A program made the translations under genes and the position numbers. Shown piece after piece: positions 48,615 to 60,475 of a DNA stretch of 64,000 bases. The stretch is from Phoronis australis (Eukaryota; Animalia; Phoronida): assembly GCA_002633005.1 (NCBI GenBank), contig NMRA01000005.1, forward strand, positions 155,941-219,940. Direction: 5' to 3'. Under the pieces are notes generated by a model. It worked only from the letters and a program-made list of their open reading frames with translations, made no database searches and was not told the DNA's origin. Every line of letters begins with the position of its first letter. Position 1 is the first letter of the stretch.

Positions 48615-48758
48615 ATAAATACAAAACGTACCTCGATTGGCGTACATGAAGTAATATCCCACTCGACCTTATATTCCGCGTATCGACCGACGCCGATGTC
48701 TTGTGGGATATTACTTCATGTACGCCACTCTCGGTACGTTTTGTGTATGTAATTATCC
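48615..48758. mobile_element. Second palindromic Crypton-like element
   Basis: Arms ACAAAACGTACC..TGGCGTACATGAAGTAATATCCCAC with their reverse complement. Confidence 0.5.
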
Positions 48759-48797
48759 ATCAATTTATCTCACTAGTGAGATAACATTTTGGCTGGA

Positions 48798-48862
48798 AAC
48801 CGAGGCCGGTTTCGAACAAGTGATTAGAGACGCCGACTTTACCACTACACCACTCAGCGGCT
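48798..48862 (-). other. tRNA-derived Pol III head (SINE or tRNA pseudogene)
   Basis: A box TGGTGTAGTGG and B box GTTCGAAAC on the minus strand; shortened anticodon region; no full cloverleaf. Confidence 0.5.
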
Positions 48863-49379
48863 TACGTCGTCGACCGTGAAAATAGAATACTTAAATGACC
48901 ACGCGCAACAATCGCATGTTCAGCAAAGGGCATTGCACCGATATTTATATGCTATGAAAAATAAGACGCATAATTACCATAAAAACGTTACTTTAATTCA
49001 GTGAAATTTTTCTATTTTTTTCTCTCACTTGTAAATCGCCGATCTACAATTTGAATGCGGGTATCGTGTCGTCGGGATCCTTTGACTGACTTCAGAATTA
49101 GTCAGTTACTAGTGGTAATCTACTTTAGCAGACGATATTTTCCCTGTTGAAGCTGAGTGTGATAAAATGTGTAGTAAGCTATAATAGTTGCTAAACCTTA
49201 ATTTATAGATTTACTTTATTTCTATTTTGTTTTATTTTTCAATTAGTTTCGAGTAAAAACATTATCTAACAAAAATAGCTCGGCTTTTCTTAAAAAGTCA
49301 CGACCTCCGACCCCGGTATCTGACATAGAAAGTAGTTACAAAAGCGTGGTCTTTTTTAAGGTTTTCAAGTATGTTTTTT

Positions 49380-50545
49380 GGCGACCGCCCCTCTATCAAG
49401 CTAACAGCTCTAAGGATGATTGCGAAAATTGGCATGTATGTTCTTACTATGAAGAGGACGGCTGACGATGATTTTCCGACGACTTCGACTACTGTGGCAC
49501 CTCCTAGTGGCAGTTTTGGCTTTTTTTGCGCCTATGGCTGTATCTCCTAAGCCGTTTTCAGGATCTTGGCTTTACAAAATTTAGCAAGTGTATTTATATG
49601 ATATTGACAAGGGACAACGACGACTTTCGGCCTAATCTGACTACTAGTGTGCCCCCTAGTGGCAATTTTAGTTTTTTTACGTTTACCTCTGTATCTTCAT
49701 GCAAAGGTCCTCCACATATTTTCATAAAATTTGGCATAAAGGCATCTATTAGTGACATGACATTATCATCTCGTTTTCAGATGGATTCGACGTAGTTTAC
49801 GCCACCTAGTGGCCATTTTTACTGTTTTCGAGTCTGTTTTAGGCGTCCACTACTCTATCAACCAAACCGCTTTAAGGATGATTTTGAAAATTGGCAAGTA
49901 TGTTCTTACTATGCAAAGGACGGCTGACGATGATTTTCCGATGACTTTGAGTACTGTGGCGCTTCCTAGTGCCAGTTATTTTTTGCGCCTATGGCTGTAT
50001 CTCCTAAACCGTTTTCAGGCTTTTCTAAATTGAACAAGTGGTACTTATATGATGTTGACAATGAACGACGATGACTTTAGGACGGATACGACTACCAGTG
50101 TGCCCCCTATATAGTGGAAATTTTAATTTTTAAGTATCTTCAAACGTCTTTAACGGAGTTCCATAAAATATTGAATATAGGCATCTATTGGTGAGATGAC
50201 GCTGTTTTGGAAAGGAGGTATTTTGCGCCACCTAGTGGTCATTTTTGCTGTTTTGAAGTCTGTTTTTCAACATCCACCCCTCCATCAACCAATCCATTCT
50301 AAGGATGGTTTTGAAAATTGGCGTGTATGTTCTGTGTGAAGAGGACGGTTGACGATGTCGACTTTTGACTACTGTGGCGTCTCCTAGTGGTAGTTTTGTT
50401 TTGTTTTGTTTTGCGCTCACGGCTGTATCTCCTAAAGACACTGCAGGATCTTTATTAAATTTAGTTAGTGTATTTATATGAATCTAACAACTGACAATGA
50501 ATACTTTCAGGCGGATCGAACGAACGCTGTGCCTCCTACTGGAAA
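49380..50545 (+). repeat. Higher-order tandem repeat (~150-bp subunits, ~430-450-bp trimer) carrying CTCF-like motifs
   Basis: (G)CGCC(A/C)CCTAGTGG variants at ~49495, 49648, 49799, 49957, 50099, 50225, 50376, 50529; same family as 62922-64000. Confidence 0.85.
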
Positions 50546-50857
50546 TTTCATTTTATGATCGACATATTTCCCGAATGATATATGGTAGTGCGTCGCAAGC
50601 TCGTTACCAGAAATGAAACTAAGACCTGGGTAGGCGATATAACGTCATTTATTATGACTAATACAATTACAAGTTGTGGGGAGTACACGGGAAAATGCGG
50701 TTTGGCTGTGTACGAGGTGGTTCGTATAGGCAAGAACATAAGAGATGATTCTTGACTAGCATACTGAAGACTGTCAACGAACGATGAGAACAACTCTCAA
50801 TGCGGAGAAACAACTCATGCTACTGAAGCTACTAATAATACTTAAAATATAGTGAAA

Positions 50858-50860
<3 letters not shown>

Positions 50861-50925
<65 letters not shown>
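50861..50925. repeat. (TA)n microsatellite
   Basis: Directly visible. Confidence 0.98.
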
Positions 50926-50927
<2 letters not shown>

Positions 50928-51369
50928 AGGGGGAAAGGGGGAGAGAGGGCGAGAGACCAGAGAAACACGAAATAACCAATGAAGTAAATGAACAAATAAA
51001 GGATGCACTATGCTAATAAATAAAGAGTTCTAAGAATAGGAAGTATTACTCATCTCATGCGGAGAAAGTGGTGGTAAACAACAACAGTAAGTGATGTAAT
51101 ACGATGACTAAACTAAATGAACCAAAAACACATTCTGCGACATCCTTCCCCCACGCAATAGTTGAGGAATTAAAAACAACTAGTACTCAAAGACATGTAC
51201 AATGAACAATGAAAACCGGATCCCAGAGCTTTTTTGGGGATGAAAAGGTAACCAATTTTCTTTGGTGCCACAGTGCTCTGTGGGTTTCCTGATGCTTGGA
51301 AATGGCCGTCTGGCAGGTTCGCTCTGGTGGGTGTGGTCAGGAGAGCCAAGAGAATTACACTAAAAAATT

Positions 51370-52140
51370 GAGCTAGATCAACTTTTCTGGTAATTACCAC
51401 TTAAAACTGCCTTCGATACCTGCTACGTCATCCATTGTATCAAAATTGGTCACTGCCAGACAATTTCAGTGGTGGGGAGTACACGCCAGACGAACATATA
51501 CAGGGTACAAAAATTGAGCTAGATCAGTCCAAGAGGTAACCGCTTGAAATCAGTCGCAAAATATTCACCGTAAGCCCATTTATCACGAATGAACACTGCC
51601 AGACAAATCTAGTGGTGGGTTACTCCAGCCTGACACGCCCAAATACATGAATTGAGCTAGATCAACCTATCAGGTAACCGTTTGAAGCCAATTGCACGAT
51701 GTTCAGCATCACTGATCATGGCACAACAGTTAGCTGCCAGACAATTTCAGTGGTGGGGTGCCCCTGCCAGACGATTATCAAAAAGGGTTAAAAACTGAGC
51801 TAGATCAACCCAAGAGGTAACCGCCTAAAACCAGTTCCAAAATATTCACCGTAAGCCAAGGTATCACGAATAAACACTGCCAGACAAATCTAGTGGTGGG
51901 TTAGCCCAGCCAGACACGTCTAAATACATGAATAGAGCTAGATCAACCCAAGAGGTAACCGCATGAAATCAGTTGCAAAATATTCGCCGTAAGCCCAGGT
52001 ATCAAGAACAAATACTGCCAGACAAATCTAGTGGTGAGTTATCCCCGCCAGACACGCCCATGTACCTGAGTTGAGCTAGATCAACCCACCAGGAAACCGT
52101 TTGAAACCAATCTCCCGATGTTCAGCATCATTCCACGTGG
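51370..52140 (+). repeat. Left-arm array of six ~140-bp units
   Basis: GAGCTAGATCA at ~51370, 51516, 51654, 51797, 51934, 52073, with conserved GGTAACC and CTGCCAGAC..AGTGGTGGG blocks. Confidence 0.92.
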
Positions 52141-52459
52141 CAAAACAATAAGATGCCTCCCTCAGACAAATAAAGAGTCGAAACAAAATTGATTATAAGC
52201 CCATTCACGCTGAATAAGCACCACAATCAGGAACCAGGCACTTCGATTTTCAATAGAGCCACTAAGTCTTTACGACATAGGTCACCGCACAAGGTGAGAT
52301 TTTTGTCTGCAAGTTTATGTCAGGGCATGAAAACCAGAAAAATCGCGCCTGAGGTTGCAGCGACCTCACAAGTCCATGCAAAAACAGCGGAATACGCCAC
52401 ATAATTCACTATTAAAAACAAAACCTAAAAACCCGTCGAAGACGGATAGCACATTGTGT

Positions 52460-54825
52460 TTACACGCGCAGAGTACTGTTGTTCCTGGGTTTTCTTCAAT
52501 TTTATTACTCTGCGCGTGTAAGCGCTATTTTTTCTGATTAGTTAGGCTTATTGCGAAGTAAAGTAGGGTATTCAATTGGCATGTTGACTTACACCAGTGT
52601 GCTGAAATTGAAAAGAATTCCTTGAAAAACGTGAGACATATAATATTTTGAACGCTACATGACCTTTGCGCTAATTCACCTCATCCGGTGCATTTTAAGC
52701 ATCTTTAGGAGAACTATTGCAAAGCCCATAAAAATGTGTTTAACGCTGAGAATCACAGTTGTCTAACGGTTGACACATCAGAATACTTTCTGATTGAAAA
52801 GGTCAAAATTTCAGAAGAAAAATGCACCTAATGACCCCATGTTTGCACTAAATGACCTGAAACTTTGGATTGCGGTTTGATTTATCTTTGGCAATAAAAC
52901 CTGTCAATTTGAAGTGTCTAGCTCAAAATTTTAGTTTGCACCTAATGACCTTTGACCTATTTCAGCTGATTGGATGACCCGATTACTTAGAAAAGTATTT
53001 TTTTAAATTGTGATGTCGACTTATACCTGTGCATCAAATTTGAAAAAGATAGCTCTAAAACTGAATGAGTAGCATTTTGAAAATTATATGACCTTTGCAC
53101 CAAACGACCTCTTCCGGTGCAATATGGAATATGATTATATAACCAATCAAAATTTATATACTGTCAAAAGTCATATGCTGAATTTAAAGACCGTACCTGC
53201 ACCCAATTTGGAGTTATTAAGCCTCAACGTTGGTCGGAAGAAGAATAAGAAGAATAAGAACTAGAAAGATTATTGTCACGGCCTGGAAATAATGGACTCT
53301 GCGCGTGCGTGTTACTGTACTTATGGGGAGTTACTGACAGCAACCCGTTTACCCATATGAAAAGGAATTCTTTGAAAGTGTAGAAGAAATTTCATATTAA
53401 CATTTTCATGACCTTTCCACTAACTAACCTCTTCCGGTGTATTATGAGCTCCGATGAGGGAATAATTGTTAACACAATTAGAAGTGTGGTTAATGCTAAA
53501 AGTCACATATGTTTTACTTTAAGCACTTCAGAATACAAGATGAATGAAGTGGTCAAAGTTTCAGAAGAAAAATGCACCTAATGACCCCATGGGTGCACCA
53601 AATGACCTGGAAATTTAGAATTCAAACTCAATCGCACTTAGTAAACAGTTGCGTAATTCTGAAGTCTCTAGCTCAAAATTTTAGTTTGCACTCAATGACT
53701 TTTGACCTATATATTCTGATTGGTTAGGCCTATTGCAAAGTAAAGTAGGGTATTCAATTGGCATGTTGAGTTACATCAGTGTGCTGAAATTGAAAATAAT
53801 TCCTTGAAAAACGTGAGAAATATAACATGTTGAACGTTACATGACCTTTGCACTAATTGACCTTATCCGGTGCATTTTAAGTATCTTTAGGAGAATTATT
53901 GCAAAGCCCATGGAAAATGTGTTTAACGCTGAGAATCACAGTTGTCTAACGGTTGACTCATCAGAAAACTTGCTGATTGAAAAGGTCAAATTTTCAGAAG
54001 AAAAATGCACCTAATGACCCCATGTTTGCACTAAATGACCTGACACTTTGGATTCCGATTTGATTTACATGTGGCAATCAGACTTGTCAATTTGAAGTGT
54101 CTAGCTCAAAATTTTAGTTTGCACCTAATGACCTTTGACCTATTTCACCTGATTGGATGACCCGATTACTTAGAAAAGTAATTTTTTTAATTGTCATGTT
54201 GACTTATACCTGTGCACCGAATTTGAAAAAGATAGCTTTAAAACTAAAGGAGGAGTAGCATTTTGAAAATTATATGACCTTTGCACTAAACAACCTCTTC
54301 CGGTGCAATATGGAATATGATTATATAACTAATCAAAATTTATATTCTGTCAAAAGTTATATGCTGAATTTAAAGACCGTACCTGCTCCCAATTTGGAGT
54401 TATTAAGCCTCAAAGTTGGTCGGAAGAAGAATAAGAAGAATAAGAATAAGAATAAGAATAAAATTGAAGAAAACCCAGGAACAACAGGACTCTGCGCTTA
54501 CACGCGCAGAGTAATAAGAATAAGAATAAGAATAAAATTGAAGAAAACCCAGGAACAACAGGACTCTGCGCTTACACGCGCAGAGTAATAAGAATAAAAT
54601 TGAAGAAAACCCAGGAACAACAGCACTCTGCGCTTACACGCGCAGAGTAATAAAATTGAATAAAACCCAGGAACAACAGTACTCTGCGCTTACACGCGCA
54701 GAGTAATAAGAATAAAATTGAAGAAAACCTAGGAACAAAGTACTCTGCGCTTACACGCGCAGAGTAATAAAATTGAAGAAAACCCAGGAACAACAGTACT
54801 CTGCGCTTACACGCGCAGAGTAACT
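52460..54825 (-). mobile_element. Helentron-associated (HINE/DINE-1/Pearl-like) element, two nested or tandem bodies
   Basis: Minus strand: 5' hairpin ACTCTGCGCGTGTAAGCGCAGAGT, (ATTCTT)n microsatellite, body, 3' subterminal ACGCGCAGAGT and CTAGTT end at ~53270. 52535-53270 duplicates ~53715-54440. Confidence 0.7.
54461..54821. repeat. Six tandem copies of a ~52-bp hairpin-containing unit separated by variable (AAGAAT)n
   Basis: AAATTGAAGAAAACCCAGGAACAACAG-N-ACTCTGCGCTTACACGCGCAGAGT, six copies. Confidence 0.95.
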
Positions 54826-56021
54826 AAGTTAGCAATAATTTTGAATCCGCTTCTGATTCAAACCGCGTCACATGGCGTCGGACCGAACTCGGTAAACTTC
54901 GCCCGAGTGTCGCTGTTTGTGTAGATGACAGGATCGTGCATACGATAAGAGGAGGATGTTATTCATAAAGCACGCGCGTGGTGGCTACAACAAAGGGTAA
55001 GAAGTGAGTCCAGAAGTGAATGTCTATACCTAAGCATAAAAGTCTAGCCCTAAGACCTAAGTAAGCTTCATGTTAATGTAAATAACAACGAGAGAAATCC
55101 CAAAAAGTAGTGCGGTGTGAATGCCTTAAACTCGGCTAAGAAACACAACAGCAGAAAAATTGAGATTTGTTATTCTGCTATTTTTGGTTTAATTGCAACC
55201 ATAGTACGGTAGAAGTGTAGGCATTTTCAAATTTTGATCGTCAAATTTGCAAATATGTTGTTCAACCAGTGTCCACTTTGATTGTTGGATGGATTGACAT
55301 GCATGCGTGTACACGTTTGAACGTTTCTGTTCTTTTAAATTCGGTACATGCTGACAGTAAGTTCATTATAGTCAGTCCTCCGTCGTGCTAAAAGCCAAAC
55401 CTTCAATTACTGTGTTTTCTTGCACTGGGAATACACCGTTGAGCATTTTCACGTTATGATGGAGGGGTAGGCATAGACCTCAACTTTGGTCAATGAAAAT
55501 CTTCTCTAGTCAATCAATGTCAATGGTGCACAACCCAACAGATTTCATACGAGCCACAAACTAGATGGAAAAGATTTCCAGGGTTCCATGTCACTATGAC
55601 GAAGGTTCAATACTCCGAAGGTCCAGTACTCAGAATGCCCATTACTCCGAAGGTTCGTTATCTTCTAAAGATCACTACTTTGAATTTCCACTATTCCAAG
55701 CTCTGGGCCCGTTCTCTAATCTTTGTACTCGAAACGAACTGGAAATTATTTTTGGCAATTTCTCTGCTCCTTTTGTGCGATATCAAGATAAGTGGTTATC
55801 AGATTGTGCTGGAATAATTATAGTTCATGCATATGAGTTTCTAGTCCAAGTTTGCACTTAAAAACCCTTACATGCGTACTACAAACTCGAGTAAAAACTC
55901 GAAATTTCGAGTTTAAACTCAAACTTTTAGCTTTAATGTTGGTTTTGTCAACTGAAAAATATGACTAATCAATCATCCACGTAAGTCATTATGTATTCGA
56001 GCATTGAGTAATGGACACTTA

Positions 56022-58014
56022 GGGAAAGTTACCGGTTCGGTACCAGTTATCATTATCGTACCACGTATTTTCCCGCCAAACTACGTATGCTTGGCAACCA
56101 AAAGAGTGATTACTTTTTGCGACCTCAAACGGCGATGACAGAAAACCAAGCAAAATGTCGAGCAGACAACCCGGTGAAAAACGGTGAGCATTTTCCACTT
56201 TTTTGACATGTTGATGTAAATTTTAGCTCCCATGAATAGTGTGATAAGACAACAACAAGTATAGCAAATGAGTGAACAGCGATGTGCCATCTGATAGCTC
56301 ATTCTCATCTCTTTGTATGGTGTAATTTCTGGTTGCCAAATCGCATGCCAAATATTTTCAGCCCACGTATTTGAAAATAGGTCAGTGTCACGAGTGTCGT
56401 ACCACTAGAGGTCACGGGTATGGTACCCGGGGTACGATACATGTAACCAAGAGGTACGATACAAAACGTGATACGTGTATGTAATGTGTTGTTTTTCTTG
56501 CGTTTTAGTACTATTTTTTTACTTTCAGGAAAATGTCATCGCCGTCGTCATGGACATCAGAGGATATGCAGAACTGTCTCAAAGCTATAGATGAAGGATT
56601 GTGATTTAACGCTGCTTTTAAGCTATTTGGTATCCCAAAGCCCACTATTCGCCGTCACCGCATGGGTCTGAAGTACACGCAAAACATGCCAAGTTACGTG
56701 GAGGCCCAAAAGTTTTGCCTACAGAAATAGAAGCTGATTTGGTAGAACACATAAAAGGTCTTGACGATCTTTTTTTTGGTATCACGCCAAAAGATCTTAT
56801 GAAACTTGCATATCAATTGGCAAAATCCCATGGCATCCATAAATTTAGCGAAACAAAACAGTCTGTCAATAAAACCTGGTACTACAGCTTTATGAGACGA
56901 CATCCAGAACTCAGTCTGCGCACCCCAGAAGCTACATCTACTGGTCGCATGAAAGGTTTCAGCCGCCGAGCTGTTTCAGATTTCTTCCATAAATATTACG
57001 AGCTAATTGAATTACACGGATTTACTGCTGACAGAGTGTTTAATATGGAGGAAACTGGACATTCTACCGTGCAAAGGCCATCGAAAGTGATCTCAACGAA
57101 AGGGAAACGCCAAGTTGGAGCAGCAACAACCACTGAACGAGGAACAAATACTACTGGTGTCCACTGTCATTCTGCCATAATCCAATACATCCACCCCGAT
57201 GCTCATCTTCAAGAGGAAACTGTGATTCCTTGACTGTTGATGCACCCACTGGTACAAGTTTTGCCTGCACTAATTCAGGATGGATTGACGCTATAGTTTT
57301 CATTGAATAGCTTCGTCATTTTATCCGATCAGTGAATGCGTCAGTTGAAAACAAAGTCTTTCTACTCGAGGGACATGCATCCCACACAAAAGACCTTGAC
57401 GCCATTAAGCTAGCAGGGGAAAATGGTGTTTTCATTCTCTCCTTACCCAGTCACACAACGCACAGGCTCCAACCCTTAGATGTTAGCTTTTTTAAGTCAT
57501 AATTGTGATTCCGATGGAGACTCTGATTAACCTACATAAACCAGGCAATTTAAGTTTGTTACATAAGTATAGTTGACTGGTCCATTTTGTTGTCTTTAAG
57601 TGTTGGTTTGTTCGCACATATTTATAAGGACGTCTGTTAGCATTAGAGTCATACGGTAATGCTGTTTCTTGTAATATGTTTCTATGTGGCCAATAAAAGG
57701 TTTGACTGTTTGCACTGTTTCCTTGTTCATCTTTGCTTGGTGAAATACACGTAGTTATTAATGTAGTACCACTGGTACGATTCTGATGTCTGACAGGTAC
57801 GAATTACAAAACCGGTCATGTGAATCGTACTTTTATTGACTTTTCTACAACCGTGTTTTGCAGCTAAAACATAATCATTATTCTTCTAAATCACATGTGC
57901 GGTTATACATGTGAAGCCACTTAAGGCTATGCCATAGCTCCCGATTCCGTGGCTAGTTCAGCGTGGCGTACAGAGGGGTGCATCCTTAAGTGGTACGAAA
58001 CCAGTAACTTTCCC
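56022..58014 (+). mobile_element. pogo/Tigger-like Tc1-mariner transposon, defective
   Basis: TIR GGGAAAGTTACCGGTTCGGTACCA / TGGTACGAAACCAGTAACTTTCCC; TA on the left flank. Confidence 0.88.
56533..57498 (+). pseudogene. pogo-like transposase (HTH-psq, CENPB-type HTH, DDE_1) pseudogene
   Basis: WTSEDMQNCLKAI..FGIPKPTIRRH; WYYSFMRRHPELSLRTPE; RVFNMEETG; GWID; EGHASH; LPSHTTHRLQPLDV. Stops, frameshifts and a 3' truncation. Confidence 0.9.
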
Positions 58015-59220
58015 CTTGAGTTCGCACAAAAGTAGATTAAAAATGCCAAACATTATTTCGAGTTCCATTTCGAGTAAAAAGATTCTAGACTGGGCCCAGA
58101 ATTCCGACAGTTCACTATTTTGGTTGTGTGATCACGACTCATTCTCAAGCAGAGACAACATCTGGGGCACGGCTGCGGCGACCAACGGCGGTTTCAATAT
58201 AAGAAGACTAAATGAGACTCCCCGACTTCATGAGGACTGGCAGGGACAGGGTGGCCTAATAACTTATAGTTTCGACCCGGCCGTGTGCGTCGCGCTGCGA
58301 TTCGGTCTTGACATGAATTTTGATGAATTGTGTCATGGCTGATGATTCATCAGTATTCCTACTTCATATCATTTTAAAATGCAAGTGCGTACTCATTTTA
58401 GGACATGCGGGCAATTTCGCAGGGGTGTGAATTCTGACTACCGTTTCCAGTTGTGCTGGCCAGCTGGAGACGGTGGTCACTGTTTACATAAAACCCAAAG
58501 TGTTTCAGTTAGTGCCCGGGCGTTGTTTTTGGTATAGGTGCATCTAATAGCCGAAATATCGTTTATTTTAGCATGCAAAAGTTCAAAAATCACATCTGAG
58601 TCTGAAAGTTTAGATATGTTTGGAGCGGTGAATCTTCGGAGTGGTGAATCGGTGAAGTAGTGAACCTTCGGAATAGTCAGTGAACCTTCCGAATAGTAAA
58701 CTTTCGAAATAGTGGAATGTCCCCATTTCCAGCGATGTAAGCAACTTAAGTAACACGCTAAAATACAACCAGATATACAATTTTGTTAAGTCATTCGCCA
58801 ACTAGACTTCATATTTCCGTCTGAGTATGCAATAAGGTGTAATCAGTCATTTAAGCATGGCTGATTTGAAACTTCGGCAGGAAATAACGCGAGAATGTTC
58901 TCTTTTTGGAACACATTATATCCTAACATGTGTCCCGTTCTTTGCAAGCAATCGTCACAGCATCCTCGTATCAGGTATTACAAATTCCGTCTCATCTCAT
59001 GAACATGAATCGTCGTCGTGTATACAGATTTCCCTTCCCCCTAATTAAGCTGCGTCAAAGGCATCACCGAAAACTCTACAGTGTCGACGTTTGCAAAATA
59101 CCAAGATCCACCGTTCTTGAAATTCGAACCACCATGCTAGCTACATACCTGAACAGGATATTTGCTTTTGAGTAGAGAGATAGGGGCGTCTAAAAAAGTC
59201 GCCCCTACTTCTGCACGCTA

Positions 59221-60032
59221 CTGCCCCACCGCTAAAAATGTCTGTAAAGTATCTTTCGTTGCATGCAGAATGTTGCTCGACATTATGCAAATGGTTTCAA
59301 GCGGTTACCTGGCGGGTTGATCTAACTCAACTCAGGTACTTGGGCGTGTCTGGCGGGGATAACCCACCACTAGATTTGTCTGGCAGTATTTATTCTTAAT
59401 ACCTGGGCTTACGGCGAATATTTTGCAACTGGTTTTATGTGGTTACCTCTTGGGTTGATCTAGCTCAATTCAGGTATTTGGGTGTGTCTGGCGGGGCTAA
59501 CCCACCACTAGATTTGTCTGGCAGTGGTCATTCGTGATACCTGGGCTTACGGTGAATATTTTGGAACTGGTTTTAAGCGGTTACCTCTTGGGTTGACCTA
59601 GCTCAATTTTTAACCCTTTTTGATAATCGTCTGGCAGGGGCAACCCACCACTGAAATTGTCTGGCAGCTAACTGTTGTGCCATGATCAGTGATGCTGAAC
59701 ATCGTGCAATTGGCTTCAAACGGTTACCTGATAGGTTGATCTAGCTCAATTCATGTATTTGGGCGTGTCAGGCGGGAGTAACCCACCACTAGATTTGTCT
59801 GGCAGTGTTCATTCGTGATAAATGGGCTTACGGTGAATATTTTGCGACTGATTTCAAGCGGTTACCTCTTGGACTGATCTAGCTCAATTTTTGTACCCTG
59901 TATATGTTCGTCTGGCGTGTACTCCCCACCACTAAAATTGTCTGGCAGTGACCAATTTTGATACAATGGATGACGTAGCAGGTATCGAAGGCAGTTTTAA
60001 GTGGTAATTACCAGAAAAGTTGATCTAGCTCA
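59221..60032 (-). repeat. Right-arm array of ~140-bp units (inverted copy of the left array)
   Basis: TGATCTAGCTC variants recur at ~140-bp spacing, in the mirror order of the left arm. Confidence 0.92.
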
Positions 60033-60475
60033 ATTTTTGAGTGTAATTCTCTTGGCTCTCCTGACCACACCCACCAGAGCGAACCTGCCAGACGGCCATT
60101 TCCAAGCAGTCAGGATACCCACAGAGCACTGTGGCACCAAAGAAAATTGGTTACCTTTTCATGTCCAAAAAAGCTCTGGGATCCCGGTCTAATGCTAGAA
60201 TTAACACGTGGTAAGGAGTGTCGGCTGGCAAAGCGACGGAAGGGTAGAATAAATGATGTGACAGTTAAGTCAGAGACCAACTCCAGATGTATCGCTCGAG
60301 TAATTGCACACGTAAAAAAACATGCGCCGTAGGTTGTGTTGTTGCTGTCAACTCGAAGGCTATAATAAACACAAATGTATTAGTTCCAAGTTCGGTCGTC
60401 GTTTGCTTTTGCTTACGAGTTAGTCAACATGCCACGCTGTTGCTGCGTACTGGGGTGTACTCGTTATCGTCTCAC

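Larger units (their letters stand above)
55706..58096. mobile_element. PIF/Harbinger MITE (12485 family, opposite orientation) split by a pogo insertion
   Basis: Same TIR and body as 12485-12883, flanked by CTG/CAG. The halves rejoin at GACACTTA|CTTGAGTTCGC. Confidence 0.85.
51222..60180. mobile_element. Foldback-type DNA transposon with ~0.9-kb TIRs, probably CMC/EnSpm (CACTA) superfamily, non-autonomous, with nested insertions
   Basis: Ends CCCAGAG...CTCTGGG flanked by AT on both sides (2-bp TSD). 51222-~52110 is the reverse complement of ~59292-60180. Confidence 0.8.

Noticed and set aside
51370-52140. CRISPR- or guide-array interpretation of the 140-bp units
   Set aside because: The variable segments are homologous between units (two subtypes), not unique acquired spacers.
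54461-54821. CRISPR-like array of palindromic repeats
   Set aside because: The spacers are only (AAGAAT)n length variants, there are no cas genes, and the context is eukaryotic TE DNA.
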